This document shows, piece by piece, positions 51,948-61,923 of a stretch of 64,000 nt of DNA. The first letter of the stretch is position 1. Every line of letters starts with the position of its first letter. The notes under the pieces were generated by a model. The model searched no databases and had not been told where the DNA came from. It was given only the letters and a program-made list of their open reading frames with translations. Where the stretch lies: contig NW_027361772.1 of NCBI RefSeq assembly GCF_039654945.1, positions 8,122,001-8,186,000 of the forward strand, written 5' to 3'. The stretch is from Dendrobates tinctorius (lineage: Eukaryota). The position numbers were made by a program, and so were the translations under genes.

Positions 51948-52899
51948 AAGTACAAAGCACCTTGCACAATAACCAGTCCTCAGCGTACGCACATACAATG
52001 CATTATACATCTCCTAACTCACAGAGCCCAAAGTAGTTCTGGAACAAATCTACGGCCACACGACAATTGTTTCACTCAGCAGCAGTAGAACAGGTACTGG
52101 GATACCACAATATTACTTTGCATTGCTTCTAAGAGAGTAGAATAATATAATATCAGTTGCTCCGTACTAAGAGATTTATAATATTTAGCAATCTCTTCAC
52201 TTCCCTGAAATGTATGGCAGAGCTGTTATAAAAGTGTCTGTCGCAATGCAATCATGAAGTGATATTTGTTGCACAAGAGCTGACACTTCACATGACTCCT
52301 GCACGTCGAGCCAGCACCTGAGTCACTTTTCATTATATAAATAAACCTCTCATCTGGGTAAGTTTACCTTGGACCCATTTCCGATACTACTGTGATGTAC
52401 TTCAACTCTCTGTACTTGATGGAAGTATCAAATGACTCAGTTTTGTAAGACTAAAAGTTATTCTATTACCAGTTATAAGGAACATGACATTGCACAAAAG
52501 AAATTTGTTGACAGTGTTTAGCAACCCTCATGGGATTCAAAGGAGTAAGAAAACGTTTTTAGGCTATGTTCACATGGAGAGATATTTTTTCCATTTGTCT
52601 GTTCCATTTAAAACATATAAATGGAAATAGCATCCTGTGGATTCCTGTTTCAAATGGAAGTAGAGGATCCCTTTACTTTATTTAGGGTCTGTCTGGTTTC
52701 CGTCTATTGTTTATTTTTGAATGTCATTCAAAAACTTATAAACCTTTATAAATTATTAAATTTAAAAGGGGCTTACTAATGTGCTTTGGGGGCATCACAG
52801 AGGCAGGAACAAATTTGTCTAGTGATTTGGGATGTAAAATGTAAATTGATACATGTAAATATGCCATTAATGCTCTTGTAAGAGTGGTGGACAATGACT

Positions 52900-55140
52900 G
52901 TCGTGTTCCTACCCCTGAAAACACCAATCGTGTTGTGTGTGAATAGTGTCCTGTGTCACTCTTTGTATATATTGTGTTGTAATGTATTGTGATATGGTTA
53001 TGCATAGTGTTATAGGTAACATAGGGATGTATAGTTTATGGCTTAGCGCATAAGGTAGGTAGTAAAAGATAGTTGCCTGTAGTTTAGGTAGTCACATTAG
53101 GGTAAGTTAGGAGTTAATGTTGGGACTAGCCCATAGTGGTAGGGGCTTAGTGTTAGGGTAAGTGACAGCTTTCTATTGTTAGTTCTAGTTCAAGTGCAAG
53201 TGGAAAGTGTAATGTGAGCAGTGCTGTTGTTGGGGTGATCTACAAGAAAAGGAGAATAAAGGACAGGGGAATAGCGAGATCCTGAAGTCACCGATGAGAC
53301 AGAGTGGCCTTCCGAAAAAGAGTTCTTGGATAGTACGACGAGTCATGAGAACCACAAGCTTGCAAAACGCCGAAGGTAACAGGCAAAAACAGGACTGAGT
53401 TTCTGGGATTAGTGTAGGTCCTGATTGGTAGATCCAGGGCTCCAGTAGTGGAAGAAATAGGACACAGAACTGTTGCTTGAGTAGAGAGACTCACTGATCA
53501 GGACTGTGGTGACAAGCTGGGTTGTAACGAAGTAGGGTGAAACAGTGTGCTTCACTGGCCCTGGAGTAAACTACTGAAGAAGGATACTGTGGGAATGAAA
53601 ATGCTGTAAGAGAAACGTCTATAAGACTTTGTACCCACTATCCCTTGTACATAACCTTTACCAAGTTACCGTTCAGCAAAGACTTTATTTTTTAATGGAA
53701 GTCTTCTTTATTGAACTGGGGAACGGATGGTCCTGGCCAGACAACACCAGCGGCTACAGGCAACTTGCGCGGGTGTATGGCCCTCACAGCATGATTAGCA
53801 ACACCCACCCAGCCAGGACACACACTTTCATGTGGGCGTAAAGGGAGGAGACAAGAGCCTCCCCCTTGGCTACAGTCCCGCGCCATGCTACACTTGGTGT
53901 AGTCAGCAGGATCAAGTCTTGCATCTGTGAGGACTGTGATGTGCAAAGAAGACTGACGAGGAAGATGGTGCCGAACAAGGACAGCACGATGGCTGTGAGT
54001 GGTGTGAAACGCGACACAGACCCTCCTATCGTGGGTGTGACAGAGGCAAAAAGGTGCGAAGTGTAGCCCAACCTTTTATCATGCATGCCTTCCCAGGGGA
54101 ATACCGCAACCAAAAGCACCAGCTGGGAGTGACCATAGTTGCAGAGTGAGGTGAAAGGAGAAGATCTGTCCAGTAAGGTGTGGCCTTAGGAAAAGGGCAG
54201 GAACATTCGGGAAATGGTGAGTCAGGGTCGACTCCACCCAGTGAAAGGTGTGGCCATGACGGGCCTCAAGAAGCTGAAGAGACAATGCCATTTGTGGGTT
54301 GCAAGTCGGCGAACTCAGCCAAGAGCAGAAATAGCGGATTGGAGAACGTGGATACACTGCATCGAACCCAGGTACAGCTTATCTAATCGGGAAGGATGGG
54401 AATGCAGTGAGTGGTGGAGGGTTATGGCCTTGATGCAGCCAGAGGAGAAGCCAGACATCTTGAAGGAGCAGGTTACTCAATATTTAGGCTCTGAAACATG
54501 TGCTGGCTGAACGCCTCAAAGCCTTGTTGGCTCAGTGTCCTGTTAGTCCTACACCCAGGAGATTCCTCCTCCAACCCTGATGGTCTTTCATCCAACCTCG
54601 GAGGCGCCTTCCCCTGACTAGGAGGTAAAGCTAAGCCCTGAGGATATACCTCACATCTCACGAGAGGAATTAATTGTGGGGGTGATCCAGGCTAGGAAGA
54701 AGAGAGAACAATAGGTCCGAGCCCAGCTGGAATGTCCTAACAGAGAGGAGCTTGTCTGACAGATGACCCAGGGAGTCATGAGGTACTGTGACCACAGACA
54801 GGGCTCCAGTTTCTTCATGGAGGAGGCAACCGGGTACAAGGTCTATGTGAACGCCAGATCCCTCCGAAAAGGGGCCAAGACTACAAGAAGGGTTCAGTTC
54901 CTCAAAGAAGATGGACCAAGGGCCTGGATCATGACCACGGTCTCCAGAATCAGGTCACAGACAGAAGAGGTACCTGAAGACGTTCCTCCTCAACGAGGGG
55001 CCATGCAGCACCTGGGGTCGCTACGTCATTGGGAGTGAGAGTACGGAACGACAGTGGGGAAATTGTCTTGAGTTCAGTCTTCTGAATCTCTGCAGTGCTC
55101 AGCAGAGCACTGTCATTGCGCTGTCTGCCCTGAGACATCA
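52900..55140 (+). mobile_element. Truncated LTR retroelement: 5' LTR, tRNA-Ser PBS and a decayed ORF containing a cold-shock-like domain
   Basis: LTR end ...GCTACA at 53892. PBS TGGTGTAGTCAGCAGGAT (53895-53912) is two CpG-type transitions from TGGCGTAGTCGGCAGGAT (Ser-AGA type). Left and right limits approximate. Confidence 0.7.
54763..54945 (+). pseudogene. Degenerate cold-shock domain (OB-fold)
   Basis: GVMRYCDHRQGSSFFMEEATGYKVYVNARSL aligns without gaps to the CSD pattern GxVKWFNxxxGYGFIxxxxxxxDVFVHxxAI; followed by VQF...DGPRAW...V. Confidence 0.65.
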
Positions 55141-55705
55141 CAATCAGAAGACGCTGAAGACACTGGAGCTGCAGGGATCAAGGAGAGGTGAGTATTTGAG
55201 AGGGGGGCCAGATGCCAGCGCAGACATTGGGCTCCCCTGACTCACAGACCCTATAACGTGATGGTGTCCCCCGACGGCGAGTGGTCCCCCACTGTTCATC
55301 CAGGACCTCAGCACTTGCCCGGGTGCGATGGGTTGTGATGCCGGCCCTAGTCGTCGTGGCGGGACAGGTCTGCGTGTACGCTCCCCTGTGCCCCTAAAAA
55401 CTTTTTTTCCCTTCTTCTTCTTCTTCTCTCTCTTAGACCCACCAGGCATTTCACCAGTACCTCGCCAGTCCAGTTAATTGAATAATTAAATTTGTTGCAT
55501 ATTTCCTCAAAATTTCACATTTTGGCAAATGTGAATTTTTTACGTTTGAACTGGATTAAATTCAAACATATTTCTAAAAATGAGTATCTCCCCCACACAT
55601 GACTGCAGACTCATATAGTCACATAGACCTCAGCATCGGAAGAACCAAAGAACGAAGACCGGTGTGGTGGACCAAGAGGCTGCATCAGAGGGAGAGGCGA
55701 CTTAA

Positions 55706-57330
55706 CCCCTTCCCCCCGCAACCAATTTTCATTTTTGGTACTTTTTTCCCCTCCCCTTCTGCCAAAAACCATAACTTTTTTATTTTTCCTGCCGCAGTGG
55801 AATTACCTTCCTCCTAGGGAGTGTGATGTCATGCTTGGAAGCAATAAAGGGTCTTTCTGTCAGGTAAGTACAACACACAGCACAGTTCCCACTCCAGGCA
55901 GCAGAGGGAGCTCTGAACCAAAACTGGGGGAAGAGCTGTTCTCTGGGGGCCAGGAAGGGGAAGTTTAGTCAGTTTGTGTGAGGAGGGCGAAGTGTGTGGA
56001 CGGGAGAAGAAGAGCTGGAGGATTGAGCAGAGTTCAGGCTCACTTCTAGCGTAGCGCATGGTCCGGAGTCCGATCTCCGAGGTTGTACGGATACTGATGT
56101 TCCTGCAGCAGAAACCGGAGGAATAGGAAGCTGTAAATGCTCTGTTCCCACATAAGACTCGGAGGCACAACAGCAACGTGTGAGCCAGAAGAAGAAGAAG
56201 GCTACAGCTGTCTGCCATACGAGGGGGTTCTAAAAGAGAGCAAGCAAGAGGAACTTCAGTGTAACACAGTACTGCATGTACCTCAGATAAGCGCTAGAAA
56301 GGAGACTACACAACCCATCTGCATAGAGAGATTCCTAAGTTGCTTCCAGGCTGGCCAACTCCTGTTCCATCTGTAATCTGGATCCTGGACTGCACTTGCA
56401 AAGCAAAGTAAAGGAAACTGCACCCCGTTGTGTCCTTGCCTTATTCCTGCAACCCCTTCAGCACTGCTACATCTCTGTGCCTAACACTGCACCCTCTTCC
56501 TCAACACCTATCACTACTGCCCTGGGACTACAGCTCTACCTGTGGGGAGCTATTACATCTTTCTGCCTTATACCATCTGTCCCAGAGGATCTGCCTGCAG
56601 CGTTGGCTTAACCCCTTCATTGCTGAGCACCACAGGTGGCGTCACGTATCATCCACTTATAAACTTTAATCAGCCACGCTTAACCTCTTTTACATGGACG
56701 CCCAGGGCCACGGACCAGGTCACCGCTACTATGACACTTCCCTCTGAGATACCGGCCCGGTACCGAGTACCCCACTGCCCTGGCGTGCGATCCACATAGC
56801 TATATGACTAGTTATAGTTTTATCTTTCAATGTACTGAAAACATGCTAAAAATCCCAAGTGTGGTGAAATTGGGGAAAAAATGCACCACATTTTTTGTTT
56901 TGTTTTAATAGTATACATTCTGTAGTAAAAGTTACTCTGATTCATGACTCTCCAGGTCAGTACAATTACAACAATAGCAATTTTTTTATTATTCAAAAGG
57001 ACAAAAGGACAAAAAAAAAAATCAGAAATTTGTATTAACAAGTGTTGGGATTTGTGTTGCCATTTTCTGAGACCCACAAAATTTTTGTTTTTTCATTGAG
57101 GGCTTGTTTTTTTACCTGATGAGCTAAAAGTTTTTTACTGATCCCATTTTTGGCAAAATACCGGGATTTGATCTGTTTTTATTGCTTTTTTTAGAGAGGA
57201 ATAGTGAACCCAAAATATATATTTGGCATTTTGATTTTTTTTTTCTTGTAACGTCGTTTACCAGCTAATTAATGTTACATTTTGATCAGACTTTAATGAA
57301 TGCAGATATACAATGTATGTTTTTTTAAGT
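55706..57330. mobile_element. piggyBac-like non-autonomous element remnant, interrupted by a solo LTR
   Basis: TTAA|CCCCTT left end; CCATAACTTTTTTATTTTTCC and GTGTGGTGAAATTG/ACTCTCCAGGTCA motifs are reverse-complement relatives of 2760-3000; right end not seen. Confidence 0.55.
55790..56794 (+). mobile_element. Solo LTR, diverged relative of the copy A/B LTR family; 5' tip missing
   Basis: Shared CGAGGTTGTA.GGATACT, CCATCTGTCCCAGAGGATCTG, CACCACAGGTGGCGTCACG and GAGTACCCCA..GCCCTGG..GCGATCCA blocks. Confidence 0.85.
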
Positions 57331-58134
57331 TACTTTCAGAAACTATTTTAATAGATAAGTGATTAGTGATTTTTATAGTGGAAAAAAAAAAAGCAAAATA
57401 CCTTTATCCTCTGGAAATGTTTTCAGCAAGCTTGAAGATTACAAAAATACCGCTCGCAAATGAGCATTTTTGGATCACGGTGGGACTAAAGCGACCTTAA
57501 CGTACCAAAACTAATGTTGGCAATTGCAGTATGTTTTACCTTAATTACTAAATGGCGCCAATGAAAATTGTACAGATCCACCATATAGTTATCTTATTGG
57601 TGTGTGTTTAATGCATGTAATGTATGCTGGACCTTGCAAGGCATTAAGGGTTAACTCTTCTGTAATGCGGGAAGGTTTTCCGGAGATGTTTGCCGGCCAC
57701 TTCATTAGAGGACTTATTTCTAAATCTGAGAGTGCTTGAGATAATGGCGCAGGACGTCACTTAGTGTTGTGTGCTGATGACAGACGTATATGTCAATGTG
57801 TGAAACGCCAAAGTGGATACCGCAGAGAGGTGCTAGAGGATGTGAAATGCGTCAGGTGATGGCTAGCTAGAATTCAGTTTTGCCAGATTTTACTGCTCCC
57901 CCTCTCTCTAACCCCCAAAGTCTTAAGGTGCCCATGTTTTCAGTGGGGGAGTGGAGTAAGCGTCTGCTGGACACTTTTGGTGACGGCAATGTATATTCTA
58001 TGAGAACCAAAGGATTGGGAGAGTTAAGAAATCCTCATACTCATAAAATAGTCAACCATTCCTGGTGACATCGGTGGGTTCTGCCATCTTTGCATTACTG
58101 CGTATGGGGGCCGTTACTTTCCTCGCCCACCTTA

Positions 58135-58453
58135 GGGTGTGTGCACAGATTGCGGACTCTGCTGCGGAATTTTCCGGGCGGATTTTGCAAAATCCGCAGG
58201 TCAAAACACCTGCGGTTTTTCTGCGGATTAGCCCTGCTGTTTGACACCTCTACAATGGAGCAGGTGTAAAACCGCTGCGGATTCTGCACAAAGAATTGAC
58301 ATGCTACGGATTTGAAACCGCAGCAAATCCGCGTGGAAAAATCCGCAGCATGTGCACAGCGGTTTTTGTTTTTCATTGAAAATAAAGGTACTGTACAACG
58401 CAGCAGAAACTGCTTCTTATCCGCAGCAGAATCCGCAACGTGTGCACACACCC
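58135..58453. mobile_element. Harbinger-like MITE
   Basis: TIRs GGGTGTGTGCACA..TTGCGGA / TCCGCAA.GTGTGCACACACCC; TTA/TAA flanks. Confidence 0.82.
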
Positions 58454-58790
58454 TAACTGTGGACATGCCACTCCCTGCAGGGTGCACAGTGTTATGAAAT
58501 GCCCACAATATGCAGAATATGTGCCACTGGCACATATGAAATTTGCTGTAGTGTGGCTGACATTGGGAGAATTGATTGTGAGACTGATGACAGAATCTGT
58601 ACAGCGCTGCAGAATATGTTGCTGCTACATGAGCAATGGGAAGTAAATTATTTATAATTGTTTCTCTAAAACTGTGTTCACCCAAATTATCAGTAGTGCT
58701 CACTGCCCTCACGTGTCTGTACCTCGTCAGTTATCTATTAAAGGAAACCAGAGGCTTAATATCAATAGTCCTCAAATAAAAATAATGAAG

Positions 58791-58933
58791 NNNNNNNNNN
58801 NNNNNNNNNNNNNNNNNNNNNNNNNNNNNNNNNNNNNNNNNNNNNNNNNNNNNNNNNNNNNNNNNNNNNNNNNNNNNNNNNNNNNNNNNNNNNNNNNNNN
58901 NNNNNNNNNNNNNNNNNNNNNNNNNNNNNNNNN
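58791..58933. other. Assembly gap (143 N)
   Basis: Run of N. Confidence 1.
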
Positions 58934-59050
58934 ATAGATAGTTGATAGATAATAAATAGATATTAGATAGGTAGATAATAGATAGATAATAGACAGGTAG
59001 ATAGATAGATAGATATTAAATAATGGATAGATAGATAGATAGATAGATAG
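58934..59050. repeat. (GATA)n microsatellite
   Basis: Imperfect TAGA repeats abutting the gap. Confidence 0.9.
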
Positions 59051-59128
59051 CCCTAATCTCTAAGAACAGTAGGGGTGGTGCGTTTATTCTGGGAGTGCCA
59101 TTTCCTCCTCTCACCCCTCCTGTGCAGG

Positions 59129-59134
59129 TATATA
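59129..59134 (+). promoter_or_regulatory. Candidate TATA box
   Basis: TATATA starting 44 nt upstream of the ATG at 59173. Confidence 0.45.
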
Positions 59135-59172
59135 TTGTCAGCAGGTAAGGGATGCTGAACATTACAGTAATC

Positions 59173-59221
59173 ATGGAAGGACCACGATTGAGCCTGGTGT
59201 GTCTCCTGTGTCTGGTCGCAG
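59173..59221 (+). CDS. Probable first coding exon (signal peptide) of a secreted or membrane host protein
   Basis: atcATGG Kozak context; MEGPRLSLVCLLCLVA + 1 nt; consensus donor CAG|gtgagt with a phase-1 intron; upstream TATA. Confidence 0.65.
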
Positions 59222-61288
59222 GTGAGTGGTTTCTCTGGGTTATAGGAGGTGGAGGGATGGAGTTGATAGACTTTCTGTGATAATATTACATTGGATTTGT
59301 AAGGATTGTCTCCATGAAGGCAAAGCTGAGAGACCTGTCTCTACTGTCAATCAATGTTGGAATAATTTTCAACCAATTGCTTGGTGATTCTCCCCATGTC
59401 CGGTCTTCTCTGTGGGGTTCAGGTTTCTCTATGTAATGTTCATGGTTCTCATGACAAGTCTGTGTTTTTTTGAGAATCATCTCATTTTCCTTCATGTTTT
59501 CTAAGCATGATCTAGATCTGCTCATAGAATATCCAACATAGAGCTGCTCTTCACACTAGCCCTTAGGTGAAGGGTCTGGCTTAGTTTGATCCCTCTTGTC
59601 TTCTCCATCTCTGACCTTCAGAAGTATCATTAGCTTGCCCATCTTTCCAGATTTCACATCCACAGATGACTCTCTACCTTGGAACCTACTTATCAAGACA
59701 TTGGATAATTCACGGCATGGAAAGATCTTGTATGTCTTGTTTTCTTTTCTACTATGTCCCAGCTTTGGCTGTATCTCTTGACTAATGGGCACATTTTCTA
59801 TGTCCATAGCTTCACCATCAGTCCAAAATCCTGTTGGATTTCATAGTGCCATTATGAGTCTTATGAAAGATTTTGGAACTTTTTTCCAACTATCTTGAAT
59901 AAATATCCACTGAATTTCTATTTGTTATCTCTAGCTGACAATTTAGGATTAGGACTAATCACAGTTTGCCTTCTGTGCGGTCTGGTCATCAGCTTGTAAT
60001 GCTGTCCACATACATTTGTCAAGCTAAGACTAATATAAAATAATTACAATTTGATATCTGGACCCTATATATCCCTATAGGAAGCTTAGTCAAGAATGAC
60101 TATATTTTAACATCCTTTGTTTTTGGCCAGATTATTACAGTCCCTTCACTTCAACACATGGCATAATCATAGATGACATCTTTGTGCCACTTCACCTGTT
60201 CAGGGATCACGATGCTCCAACTCTTGTGGCTGTTACTGTAGCTAAAAGCAAACCTAACATCACCTTAATGCTGCCCAAACATGGTAAAGAAATCAAAAGG
60301 TTAACTACCCATTTTATAGTGACTCATGCCAAGACTGCGGCCACGTACCCCGACGCACGTTTTGCATGGATGATGCTTCTTCAGGGACTATTAACTAAGT
60401 GTTCCTGAAATCTAGTCCAAGGCAGGTCCCTGGCGGTTTCTCTCCACTCCGCTCCTTCTGAATGACAGGTCTCTCTTTATACACACCTATAGGGACTGAC
60501 CTGTCAGTCTAGGGTAGTGGGTTGGGGGAAGCTGTCAGGGATCTTCCTCTTTGAGCAGTAATTTGGATTTGCATGATCCTCGGATGGCTTTTAAAATTAT
60601 ATTTTCTTTAAAACACCAAACATTACAGAGGAAAACAAACCTGCCTGAAATGACAGAGTTGTCTGTGGTTCGGGCAGCATGAATCGGCTGTCAGATTCCC
60701 CTTAGCAGATTTGCGTGAATGAGAGAGAGCAAAGTTAAGCTTCATTTTATGGATCCCTGTGGCCAAGCACAGACCCTCAGGGATGATATATTACATTTTA
60801 TATTCTGGAAAACTCCTCGACCTTTAGAAACAAACAGTCCTGTATGTGATAGGAACTAATGAGTCTTATAGTCAGTCTTACATGCTTACTGGGATATTCG
60901 CATGATATGAAATGATATTACATTATTAAGATCTGTTGTCACTTTTTGAAGGGTGAGACTTTATCTTCTAGGTACCTAATCAATTTGGAGAACTCTGGTG
61001 AAGCACTGGAGTAGATGCAGCGCTCCACCGGTGCTGCGCCTCCTCCGTTACCAGCAAAATGCTACTATCATAGAAGTTAGGAATATCCATTTAAGACAGA
61101 ATTCACACTTTATACCAAGCTGTAATAATATAAACTAAGGAAATTGTGAAAAAGAAGTCAAATGCCTCCATGAGTCTGTTGAACTAGCGTCAGCGGCATA
61201 GTGAAGGGTTTCATAGTTTAATGTCAAAGGTAGACTTGAGTCCATCGAGTTCAACCTATAGCCTAACATGTATCAACATCAATCCTTA

Positions 61289-61676
61289 GGCCTGTTTCAC
61301 ACATCCGTATGTTACCATCAGTCAAAATCCGCCGTTTTGCAAAAAATACGGATCCGCCATTTTGCTTGGCGGATCCGTTTTTTTCCCATTGAGTTGCATT
61401 ACCGGCGGATCTTGACGGATGGTCATCCGTTGGATCCGTTTTTTTGCGGATCCGCCAAAATTTTGGCGTCCGCCGACATGCCTGGACGGACAATGCAACG
61501 TTTTTTCGGGAGGCCGGATCCGCATTTTACATTGCGCATGCCCGGATGACTTGCCTCAGCCGCAAATTTAACCCTAAACTCTGTTCGGGCGGCTGAAAAT
61601 TCTCTCTCTCTCTCTCCGTTTTCCGCCATTTTGGCGGATTACAACTGACAGAAAAAACTGATGTGTGAAACAGGCC
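61289..61676. mobile_element. Harbinger-like MITE
   Basis: TIR GGCCTGTTTCACACATC / GATGTGTGAAACAGGCC; TTA TSD on both sides. Confidence 0.9.
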
Positions 61677-61923
61677 TTATATAGATCCATTTAATCATAA
61701 TGGTATGGGTGAACTCAATCAAATGAGAAACCATAGAATGGGCTCTCGTGGGAAAGAAATCCCAAGGAGACCAATGAGATGCAATACAACTCCAAGCTAA
61801 AATCACACATTTATTCAAAGTATATTATAATATAGTTTACATACACAATAATAAAAAGCAACAATTCCTCACAATTGTCAGAGCACAATGGTGTCAAAAC
61901 CAATCAATATATATTAGGGATCA

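Noticed and set aside
57770-57810. Hammerhead ribozyme core (CTGATGA...GAAAC)
   Set aside because: Stem II does not close next to GAAA and no stems I/III were found.
59286-59807. Minus-strand 79 and 83 aa ORFs
   Set aside because: No recognisable motifs or splice structure; possibly an old LINE relic but unsupported.
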